Virus record (IMG/VR): IMGVR_UViG_3300032050_000027
Source: an uncultured virus (IMG/VR IMGVR_UViG_3300032050_000027)
Lineage: Duplodnaviria > Heunggongvirae > Uroviricota > Caudoviricetes
DNA length: 64,000 bases
Strand: one strand, 5' to 3'
Shown here piece after piece: positions 1 through 7,571 of this stretch. The notes below the pieces were generated by a model, which was given only the letters and a program-made list of their open reading frames with translations, did no database searches and was not told where the DNA came from. The stretch's first letter is position 1. The number at the start of each line of letters is the position of its first letter. A program made the position numbers and the translations under genes.

Positions 1-236
1 CCTGCTATGTTGCCAGTGATGCCTGTGATGTTGCCTACCACAGTAACTGGCAGTGTGTTGCCTGTGAGATCAACGTTGCCTAAACTACCAATGGCTACAT
101 TGCCTACAGATACGTTGCCTATAATAGCAGCATTGGTTCGAATAAAAACATTGCCAGTCGCGTCGTCAAGCTCCAGGGCTTGATTGATATTCCGTAGATA
201 CCACGGTGCTACTTGAGTTGGGTCTGGGATTGCCAT
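1..236 (-). CDS. Partial hypothetical virion protein (runs off the window edge)
   Basis: Manual translation from ATG at 236: MAIPDPTQVAPWYLRNINQALELDDATGNVFIRTNAAIIGNVSVGNV..., open to the edge; not in the ORF track. Confidence 0.7.
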   Translation of the reverse strand, partial: MAIPDPTQVAPWYLRNINQALELDDATGNVFIRTNAAIIGNVSVGNVAIGSLGNVDLTGNTLPVTVVGNITGITGNIA

Positions 237-278
237 TAAAATCCTATCAGTGGGTTAAATTGTATCATTGATTATTCT

Positions 279-557
279 TTAAGTGTAATATACAATTTCA
301 CCAGTGGTGGGATTGTAAGCCAATTGAAAAAATCCTGCAGGAAGTCCTGAACTACCGCCGTTACTAATACCGGCAGCAATCTGTGTTAGTGCGCCAGAGC
401 TGTTGCCAATATACACTTGATCAGTACTTTGATCAACTACCAGTTCACCAGGTCTAGCATTGCCATTGTAATTTGCCAATGTTACTTGTGCGTTGTCTTT
501 CATTACAGCACGGCTTATGCCTGTGATGTTGTCGTATGGTGGGGGTGGGTTTGCCAT
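279..557 (-). CDS. Small virion-associated protein with a fibre N-terminal (Mtd_N/hyaluronidase-N-like) motif
   Basis: RPGELVVDQSTDQVYIGN resembles the GE-x-x-x-D-T...IGDG motif; TAAATA upstream at 576-581. Confidence 0.45.
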   Translation of the reverse strand: MANPPPPYDNITGISRAVMKDNAQVTLANYNGNARPGELVVDQSTDQVYIGNSSGALTQIAAGISNGGSSGLPAGFFQLAYNPTTGEIVYYT

Positions 558-594
558 TATAATTCCAATTTGAATTATTTAGCAAAAAAAAAGT

Positions 595-984
595 TTAGCG
601 AGGGTAGCCAGCAAATGCCTTTACAGGACTGGTTGTGCTTACAAAGCTGGGTTCTGTGCTGTCAGGTGTTGACACTAGTTTTTTGCCACCAGGTGTGTTG
701 GTCATTGCCAACGCTTGATCAATAATTTCAGCAACGTTAGGACCCATGCCTTCGACCACACCATGTTCACCAAATGCTGTTTCATCATGCCAATTGGGAA
801 TGTGATTGGTAATTCCATCTTTGCCAGCATCACTTCTGGCTCGTGCCAATGCCACACCAAATCTATAGTTGCGATAGGGGTCGGCTGCACTCAGTCCTGG
901 AATCACATAAGTGTAACGCATGGGGTCAGATTGCTCTGGTGGCAAAATAGCTGCTTGTTCAGTAATGAATTCTCGTGCTCTCAT
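595..984 (-). CDS. Putative internal head protein, paralog of 981..1352
   Basis: N-terminus MRAREFITE resembles the T4 capsid-targeting sequence; C-terminus TSPVKAFAGYPR is shared with the neighbour. Confidence 0.55.
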   Translation of the reverse strand: MRAREFITEQAAILPPEQSDPMRYTYVIPGLSAADPYRNYRFGVALARARSDAGKDGITNHIPNWHDETAFGEHGVVEGMGPNVAEIIDQALAMTNTPGGKKLVSTPDSTEPSFVSTTSPVKAFAGYPR

Positions 985-1352
985 CTTGGATAGCCCTGGA
1001 ATGCTTTGACTGGACTGGTGGCATTCACTGCTGGATGTTCTTGCGAAGCCAAATCGCCATGATTTAGGTCTTGGTGATGACTGCCCACTGCTTGATAGGC
1101 CTTTTTCAACATGGCCTGTTCTTCAGGAGTGTATGGTGCTGCCACATTGTTGCGACCGCTCCATGATTCGCCGTCAAGATCAGGTACAAACGTGCCATCA
1201 GTAGATGCCACTGCCATCATGATTCTGTTGAGTTCATACACGCGGTCAGCAAACTGCTTGTCTCGAAACTTGTTCAAGCCTACTGTGGCATTTTGATTGC
1301 GTTTGCTAATCGTGCCAACTTTGTCTTCTGCAATGAACTCTTGTGCTCGCAC
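981..1352 (-). CDS. Putative internal head protein, paralog of 595..984
   Basis: N-terminus MRAQEFIAE; C-terminus TSPVKAFQGYPR; ATGA overlap with the downstream gene. Confidence 0.55.
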   Translation of the reverse strand: MRAQEFIAEDKVGTISKRNQNATVGLNKFRDKQFADRVYELNRIMMAVASTDGTFVPDLDGESWSGRNNVAAPYTPEEQAMLKKAYQAVGSHHQDLNHGDLASQEHPAVNATSPVKAFQGYPR

Positions 1353-1354
1353 AA

Positions 1355-1645
1355 TCAGCTGCCTCCGCCAATCACTCCAGATGTGGCTGAACTGGCTGTG
1401 CCAAGTTCTGTTGCGGTAAACGGGGCAGTAGATATCACTGTTACTTTGTTGCCAGCACCAGAATAAGTTTGATACACAGTGTTGGCTGGGATATTAACTG
1501 GTACAGAATACAAATTGCCAACTGCGTTGGCTGTTCCTAACGCAACAGCATACACCTGCAACCAAGCATTGGCTGTACTGGTGCTGATTTCAAGTTTGTC
1601 AGTGTAAACAGTAGTATTGCTTAAGGTAGTATATACATTGGCCAT
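1355..1645 (-). CDS. Hypothetical small beta-rich virion protein
   Basis: 96-aa ORF tightly packed in the minus-strand operon; Thr/Ala/Val-rich. Confidence 0.6.
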   Translation of the reverse strand: MANVYTTLSNTTVYTDKLEISTSTANAWLQVYAVALGTANAVGNLYSVPVNIPANTVYQTYSGAGNKVTVISTAPFTATELGTASSATSGVIGGGS

Positions 1646-1815
1646 TATTTGCTATCCTGATTGGGTTGAATCACCACAGGGCGAAACAACTCACGTGTTT
1701 GATGCAACACTCCAGGAATTTCTACTGGCTGTTGTCGGTACCCACTGGTAGCAGGACTGTGAGGGTTCTGCTGTGTGGGCGTGTTCAAGTTTTCGTTATA
1801 AGGCTTGTATACCAT
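1645..1815 (-). CDS. Hypothetical 56-aa protein (below the ORF-track cutoff)
   Basis: MVYKPYNENLNTPTQQNPHSPATSGYRQQPVEIPGVLHQTRELFRPVVIQPNQDSK*; fills the gap exactly, TAATG-coupled to the next gene. Confidence 0.65.
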   Translation of the reverse strand: MVYKPYNENLNTPTQQNPHSPATSGYRQQPVEIPGVLHQTRELFRPVVIQPNQDSK

Positions 1816-1819
1816 GTTA

Positions 1820-3751
1820 TTACCCCTTGTAGGCTTTCCATTGATTGGTCAAATCAAAAATACTTTCTTCAACTTTTTTTTCTTTTTTGTCATCAACGGC
1901 TTTCTTGAAAGGTTCTTTCTTGTCGCCATCTTTGTCAACATCTAAAAAATCAGGTTTCTTGGCTTCCTTAATACCAGCAATGTCACGCATGCGCTGTAAC
2001 TCTGCTTCGTAGGTGTGTTGACGATTTTCTTGGCTGGCAATCACAGGCACAGTGGTTTGACCAGTTGACTTGGGACCGTTCAGACCGCCACTGTACATCA
2101 TGGCATCTTCTGTGCCTTCTTCTTCTGTGGGCCAATCAGGAGCATTTTCATCAATAGCCTTTTCAATATCACCGCATCCGCAATCGCCGCTGCCACAAGT
2201 TGGACAAGAAACTTTGCTGCCCATGTAACTGCCTTCATCACCACTGCCACCAAGACCTGCGTTTTTCAACAGCATGCCTAATTTAAGTGCATCTTCGTCA
2301 GACGCTGTAATGGTCAGGCTCTTGCCGCCTTCTGTGGAGTCGCTCATGTTGATGCTCATTGATTCAGCAATCATGGCTTCTAAGTCACGATTCAATGAAT
2401 CATAGATGCCTTTGCCAAACCCAAATCCGCTAGACGCTGTTGGTGTTCCAGTACCGCCTTCTTCTTTGACTTTTTTAGGTTTGTCTTCTGAAGATCCTTT
2501 TTCTTTGGCGGCCTTTTTCATAGGTTCTTTTTTGTCGCCATCGCCATCAACATCGGCAAAATCAGGCTTGCTGCCAGAAGATTTTTTCTTTGGTGCAGAG
2601 TCATTATTGCTTTCAGGCTTGCTGTCAGACTTGCTAACTTTGTAGCCAGCTTTCTTCAACAATGCCATTGCAGCTTTAAGATCGCCGTGGTCTTCACCAG
2701 GATCAATGTCGTTTTCTTTGGTCATCAACTTTGAACGACCTGATGGTCCTTTGGCGCCCATTTTGCTACCTGTTCCTGCAGGACGTCCACGGCCGCGCTT
2801 GGCTGGTTGAGCATCAGCAGTGTCATCTGCGCCCACTGAATGACCTTGGTCATCCACTCTACGAGTTACTTTACGGCCAGTGGCAGTGTGTTCAATGTCG
2901 TGTTTGTGACCGCGTTCAACTGATCCAACCTTTGGTCGATCAGCACGTGGCTTTTTCCATGATGTAAACGGATTGTTATCATCGTCTTCGGCAGTTTCTT
3001 GTTTGCCGCCTTTGCGTAACATAGCAAAGTCGTTGGCATCTAGTTTGCCATTTTTGTTCATGTCAATTTTCTTTTGCTTGGGACTAAGTGCAGCCTTCAT
3101 TGCTTCAGCAGCTACATCGCCCAAACGCTCGTCAACTTCTTTCTTGGCGCCGGCAATCTTGTCAGCAAAAGTAATTTTGTCTTTAGGTTCAGCAAGTGCA
3201 GCAAAGCTCTTGGCCTTGGCTGGTGACATTTTTTCTTTAACTTGCTTGGGATTGGGTTCTGCGCCTGGCTTCATACCAGTCTGCGGAACACCCATCTTGC
3301 GTTGTAGGTCACGCATCATGTCAGCATCGTCGCCGTGGCCTAGTTTGTTTAACACAGCGCCGCCAACTTTCTTGGCCATACCGCCAACTTTCTTGGCCAT
3401 GTCGCCCATGCTTTCTTTGGCAGTTTTTTCAGTGTCCATGCCTTTTTCAGCATAGTGACCAAGAGCAGCTCCAGCAGCGCCACCCAGCGGTCCGGCAGCC
3501 AATGCTCCTAATCCGCCACCAACAGCAGCACCAGTGGCGCCTTCGTCATACTTGTCGTATTTTTTGCGAACAGGATCTAATGCCTTGCCTTCACGTCCAG
3601 CTTTGGCCAATGCTTCCATACCTTGCTTGCCATACTTTTCATAACCCTTGGCTGCACGGCTCATGTCACGTTCGTTAAGTTGACCGTGTGTGGTTTCTGG
3701 CTTCTCACGAATGGAATCCAGCTTTTTGTTTAAGTCGTAAAAAAATGTCAT
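1820..3751 (-). CDS. Large, highly charged putative prohead core/internal protein
   Basis: 643 aa, K/E/D-rich; DxDxDG motifs, AT-hook-like KRGRGRP, many (L/I/V)xE sites. Confidence 0.55.
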   Translation of the reverse strand: MTFFYDLNKKLDSIREKPETTHGQLNERDMSRAAKGYEKYGKQGMEALAKAGREGKALDPVRKKYDKYDEGATGAAVGGGLGALAAGPLGGAAGAALGHYAEKGMDTEKTAKESMGDMAKKVGGMAKKVGGAVLNKLGHGDDADMMRDLQRKMGVPQTGMKPGAEPNPKQVKEKMSPAKAKSFAALAEPKDKITFADKIAGAKKEVDERLGDVAAEAMKAALSPKQKKIDMNKNGKLDANDFAMLRKGGKQETAEDDDNNPFTSWKKPRADRPKVGSVERGHKHDIEHTATGRKVTRRVDDQGHSVGADDTADAQPAKRGRGRPAGTGSKMGAKGPSGRSKLMTKENDIDPGEDHGDLKAAMALLKKAGYKVSKSDSKPESNNDSAPKKKSSGSKPDFADVDGDGDKKEPMKKAAKEKGSSEDKPKKVKEEGGTGTPTASSGFGFGKGIYDSLNRDLEAMIAESMSINMSDSTEGGKSLTITASDEDALKLGMLLKNAGLGGSGDEGSYMGSKVSCPTCGSGDCGCGDIEKAIDENAPDWPTEEEGTEDAMMYSGGLNGPKSTGQTTVPVIASQENRQHTYEAELQRMRDIAGIKEAKKPDFLDVDKDGDKKEPFKKAVDDKKEKKVEESIFDLTNQWKAYKG

Positions 3752-3756
3752 TTTGA

Positions 3757-4365
3757 TTATCCTCTTGGGTTGGCGCCGGTTGCAGGCTTGGGTTGACGTT
3801 TGATATTGGTCATAGGGCTCTTGTTGCCCTGGGGAAGTTGGTTAGTGGTTTTAGCAGGTGGAGTCTTTTCTCCAGCAATAGTAAAATCACTGCGGTAAGC
3901 ATTTTTCAACACAGCATGATCGTATGGACCAGTTGAGTAGTCTTTGCTAAGTGCTCGCTGAGCAGCATCAGGTGTTGGATAGTCTGTGTCAGCCAACAAG
4001 TTTTTGTTTTCAGCTTCAATCTTGTCTGCTTCATCAACCAGGCCATCAACGTGAGCTTGAGTCTGCATCACAATAAGATTGGGATTGCCACCGAGCATTT
4101 GAAACAGTTGTTTGATCTGCGGCTCAATAGCAGGATACTTGAAACTCACATCAAACATTGTCACAGCATCATTCTGATTGTTTGGAAAGTCTGTGAGGAT
4201 CTTTTGAATAGGAGTGGTCTTGGCATCGCCCAACTTAGTTGGATCAAATTGATCCAGCTTGGTTTTGAGTTGACGCACAAGATCGTCTGGAATGCGGCCG
4301 CACATTTTGATACGATAGTCGTATGTGCGTTCGCTTTCTGCTAGATATTTGGCAAATGGTTTCAT
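3757..4365 (-). CDS. Hypothetical head-associated protein
   Basis: N-terminus MKPFAKYLAE resembles the capsid-targeting sequence; late promoter motif at 4383-4389. Confidence 0.5.
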   Translation of the reverse strand: MKPFAKYLAESERTYDYRIKMCGRIPDDLVRQLKTKLDQFDPTKLGDAKTTPIQKILTDFPNNQNDAVTMFDVSFKYPAIEPQIKQLFQMLGGNPNLIVMQTQAHVDGLVDEADKIEAENKNLLADTDYPTPDAAQRALSKDYSTGPYDHAVLKNAYRSDFTIAGEKTPPAKTTNQLPQGNKSPMTNIKRQPKPATGANPRG

Positions 4366-4385
4366 GTCAGGTTCCTGTGATATAT

Positions 4386-4871
4386 TTATTCATTTTGTGC
4401 TTTTTGGTTCTTGGCACCAATAATTCTGTCCAACAACTCATTGCGACTGAGCACATGGCCTTGGCCTTGCTGTGGCTGTTTTTCTTCAGGTTGTTGCTGA
4501 TCTAATCGTGCTTTTTTCATTTGCAAATCGATCATCTTGAGTTTTTTGTCCAGCTTGGCAGTTTTGGCTGTGATTGCATGTCCCAGCATGTTTGATGCTA
4601 CTGAAAATATTTCGCTGGCAAATCGACTGTCTACCTGCATGCCAAGATCCATTAGGTCTCGGTAACTGGAAGTGGCGAGGTCACTAAGCTCGTCCATTTC
4701 TTTATCAGTAGATTCCAAGCCTCGCACAGCCGGCAAGGCCGCATCTATTTTGTCAATGGCTTGATCTAATGCAACGATGGTGTTGCGATTTTCCTCTAAG
4801 GCAGGAACAGCCAAGTCTATTTCTTTGTCAGAAGGGGGTAAATCGAAGAGTTCTTCTAGTTTTCGTGTCAT
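4386..4871 (-). CDS. Probable terminase small subunit (gp16-like)
   Basis: Helical LMDLGMQVDSRFASEIFSVASNML...KKLKMIDLQ and C-terminal SRNELLDRI pattern; size; late promoter. Confidence 0.5.
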   Translation of the reverse strand: MTRKLEELFDLPPSDKEIDLAVPALEENRNTIVALDQAIDKIDAALPAVRGLESTDKEMDELSDLATSSYRDLMDLGMQVDSRFASEIFSVASNMLGHAITAKTAKLDKKLKMIDLQMKKARLDQQQPEEKQPQQGQGHVLSRNELLDRIIGAKNQKAQNE

Positions 4872-4886
4872 GCCATATTTATGGAC

Positions 4887-5318
4887 TTACGGACGACCGT
4901 TATGAAACATGTCATTTTCGGTGATGACTCGAAACGTCATACCATTGCGTCTAGCCCATTTGGTTGCAGCGTCCCATTTGGCATAGTTGATTGCTACCAC
5001 TGCTCGGTCTCTACTGCTCATTTTTGATTCCACTACACTTTGCTTTTTGGGCTTGATTTCAATCAACTCTGCTCGCACAGTGTTGTCTCTATTGCGATAG
5101 GTAATCAGAAAATCAGGTATGTATTGGGTCATTTTACCTGTGAGCGGATGGCGGTATGGTATGGCTATGCTTTCACTGGCCCATTGCAGTATGTGATCGT
5201 TGCTGTCACAAAATCTCATAAAGCTGTGTTCCCACCCAGAACGAAATCTAGGTGTGCCCTTGCCCACGTATTTGGCAGGGTTTTGAACTACGTATTGACC
5301 TTGGGCCCAGCGACTCAT
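4887..5318 (-). CDS. gp4: Head completion nuclease (T4 gp4-like, TnsA-type PD-(D/E)xK)
   Basis: NPAKYVG..RSGWE..FMRFCD..WASE..IPY..YIPDF..EIKPKKQ..NYAKW..FRVITE. Confidence 0.85.
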   Translation of the reverse strand: MSRWAQGQYVVQNPAKYVGKGTPRFRSGWEHSFMRFCDSNDHILQWASESIAIPYRHPLTGKMTQYIPDFLITYRNRDNTVRAELIEIKPKKQSVVESKMSSRDRAVVAINYAKWDAATKWARRNGMTFRVITENDMFHNGRP

Positions 5319-5674
5319 TGCAATACGTTTCTAGCCACGTATGCGTTTGGTACCACTGCCACACCCACACCCAGCAGTGTGGCACGGCTGCGTATTTGAT
5401 TGAGGTAGTAGGCCAAGCTGGCATTTAGATTTACTCCATTGGTGCCCTGAAATTCTTTGAGCAATGTCAAGGCTGGAATGTTAGTACTTGAAGCAACTTG
5501 AAACAAACTTGATGTAAAGTTTCCAGCTGAATTTTTGTTGCCCATTTCTTTTAAGAAATAGCTGTAGACCACATCATATTCAGCAGCCGGCACGTTGACT
5601 TCAAATTTGTAAAAGTTATCAAAAACTCTTACAGTTGCATCAATGTTAGGGTTAACGGCGTTTACAGTGCTCAT
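5315..5674 (-). CDS. Hypothetical protein of the tail/head-completion operon
   Basis: 119-aa ORF coupled to the gp4-like gene. Confidence 0.6.
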   Translation of the reverse strand: MSTVNAVNPNIDATVRVFDNFYKFEVNVPAAEYDVVYSYFLKEMGNKNSAGNFTSSLFQVASSTNIPALTLLKEFQGTNGVNLNASLAYYLNQIRSRATLLGVGVAVVPNAYVARNVLQ

Positions 5675-5677
5675 GTG

Positions 5678-6862
5678 TTATGTTCCATTAGGAGTTGATG
5701 GTGATGTCTTTGGAGTTGGAATAAACACACCAGTAGGACGGTTCATCACTGATCGTGTGGCAGATGCTACTCCGCCCAACAACACTTGAGTTCCAAGTGC
5801 AGTGGCTTCGCTTTTTACCACTGCTGCCAGGCCTGGGCCCTTGTTGCCGCCAAAAGTTTGATATGTGCGCATGGCTTTTTGTGCTGCTCCAATTAGTCCA
5901 CCCACTGTGCCGCTTTGCAAATCACCAATGATGCCTGCACCTGCATCTAGCAAGCCGCCTTGACCAAAAATTGTACGATTGCCACCCGGACGAGCAATTG
6001 GACTGACTGTGGTGTCATAGTGACTGCGATCAGCAAATCCTTGCACGTTAACATCAGGTCTACTGCTGCCAACTGCGCCATCATAGTATTTTACAGTTTC
6101 ATAATCTATAGTCATGGTATTTTCCATGATGCCACCACCTTCAGTGTAGTTATAGGTATCGTGGTTCCAGTTTGATATTACAGGATTGATTAGCACATAC
6201 TCAGCAAACTTGCGCTGATCCAGGCCGTAGATTCGGATGTCTCTAAAGAAAGGAGGCTTGCCACCGCCGGTGCCTGAACCAGTGCCATCCAGCCAGCTTT
6301 CACCTGAATATCCCCAGCCGTTGCGATTTTGAATGGTATCAGAATAGATGTCTCTGGTGTTGAGACTCGATCCAGTGGTTTGATTGTTTACTGTACCATT
6401 AGTGCCGTTGGTAGCAGATGCTGCCAAATACTGTTGGGTCGGATCTTTGTAGTAGTAGGAATAGTAATAGTACCACAACTTGCGAGCATTGTCTCCACCA
6501 TCGTCATGAAAGGTGAGAGTCACTGGCTGGTAATCAATTTTGGTTTGAATTATTCTTTTGCGATTGTATTGATTCAGCGTCTCAGTGGCCATTTTGTATT
6601 TTGGCAGTTCAGCTGTTTTGACCAAGAGACTGAGGTCATTGCGTTCTTGATTTCCAAATACGCCTGCTGATCTCAAATAAGGAATGGCATCTGTGTTTAT
6701 GGTAAAACTAACGTGGAACAAGAACTTAAACCGAGGTTTAAGTTCGTAACTGTTCGTGGTGAAAGTTTTACTTGCGTGAGTGTAGTCACGCAAGGTATTG
6801 TTGCCAATGAATCCCTGAAGGATTTCATTACCAATGCCAAAAGGGCCGCCACCGTTGGCCAT
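5678..6862 (-). CDS. Tail tube-like baseplate-tube junction protein (gp48/gp54-like)
   Basis: LVKTAELPK..YQPVTLTFHDD..MTIDYE tube-fold pattern; directly after gp19. Confidence 0.6.
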   Translation of the reverse strand: MANGGGPFGIGNEILQGFIGNNTLRDYTHASKTFTTNSYELKPRFKFLFHVSFTINTDAIPYLRSAGVFGNQERNDLSLLVKTAELPKYKMATETLNQYNRKRIIQTKIDYQPVTLTFHDDGGDNARKLWYYYYSYYYKDPTQQYLAASATNGTNGTVNNQTTGSSLNTRDIYSDTIQNRNGWGYSGESWLDGTGSGTGGGKPPFFRDIRIYGLDQRKFAEYVLINPVISNWNHDTYNYTEGGGIMENTMTIDYETVKYYDGAVGSSRPDVNVQGFADRSHYDTTVSPIARPGGNRTIFGQGGLLDAGAGIIGDLQSGTVGGLIGAAQKAMRTYQTFGGNKGPGLAAVVKSEATALGTQVLLGGVASATRSVMNRPTGVFIPTPKTSPSTPNGT

Positions 6863-6871
6863 AAGTTATCC

Positions 6872-7504
6872 TTATGCGCCTTGACCAGCGCCTGTTACAA
6901 CATCGTTAATTGTGCGGCCAATTGCACTGCCAACTCCTGAGCCTTCAGGTGTCTGGTTGGCGTTATCGTAAGCAATGCTCATTTCAATTGTGGCTGCTTC
7001 GTTGGTACCATAGTTCAAGTCACCATAGTTGGCACCTTTGAGGTAGCAACCATACAACTCCCAAGTTTCAAGAACGTTGATTTCTGTTGCGCCATTGCCG
7101 CCGTCAAGCACTTGAATCTTGGTCAAGAACTTGTAGTCGATACCAGATGCAGCAGAAGCCATTTCCAAAAAGTCCATTTGCTTTTGAAGTTGCTCGCCAA
7201 TCAAGCGTGAAATTTGTCCTGATGCATCATCACGCAGCGACACTGTGATGTCGGCCCAGGTGTGCTTGCCGGCCAATTTCAATGTTGAATTATAAATTGG
7301 AATTGTAATTTCTTCAAAAGTCAAATTTGGGCGTGTGGCGCTGACAACTTGCTTTGTAAGTTCTGTAGTTGGTTTTGAAACACCAAAGTTCTCAAAAAAC
7401 ACTCGAAAGCGATATTTGAGTTTGGGCATCAACAGACCCTGAGCATTCGAGCTTTGGTCGCTTGCCAGTGGTACTGTCATTCTCTGTAGTGATGAAACTG
7501 CCAT
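6872..7504 (-). CDS. gp19: Tail tube protein
   Basis: KYRFRV..RPNLTFEEI..LAGKHTWADITVSLRDD..WELYGCY..LNYGTNE..IAYDNA; follows the sheath gene. Confidence 0.9.
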   Translation of the reverse strand: MAVSSLQRMTVPLASDQSSNAQGLLMPKLKYRFRVFFENFGVSKPTTELTKQVVSATRPNLTFEEITIPIYNSTLKLAGKHTWADITVSLRDDASGQISRLIGEQLQKQMDFLEMASAASGIDYKFLTKIQVLDGGNGATEINVLETWELYGCYLKGANYGDLNYGTNEAATIEMSIAYDNANQTPEGSGVGSAIGRTINDVVTGAGQGA

Positions 7505-7540
7505 TTGTAGTAATCTCCTATATTGTTATTTACCTGGAAT

Positions 7541-7563
7541 GGAGGCGGATTAAAACCGCCCCC
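7541..7563 (-). terminator. GC-rich hairpin between sheath and tube genes
   Basis: Minus strand GGGGGCGG-TTTTAAT-CCGCCTCC; no clear U-tract, so it may be a processing or stability stem. Confidence 0.4.
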
Positions 7564-7571
7564 AATTTGGT

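Noticed and set aside
279..557. Mtd_N-like motif suggesting a diversity-generating retroelement
   Set aside because: No reverse transcriptase and no template/variable repeat pair seen in the window
3360..3400. 21-bp tandem duplication (MAKKVGG twice)
   Set aside because: Ordinary in-frame micro-duplication in a low-complexity protein
4887..5318. TnsA-like nuclease as a sign of a Tn7 transposon
   Set aside because: Sequence and context fit the T4 gp4 head-completion protein; no TnsB/TnsC or transposon ends
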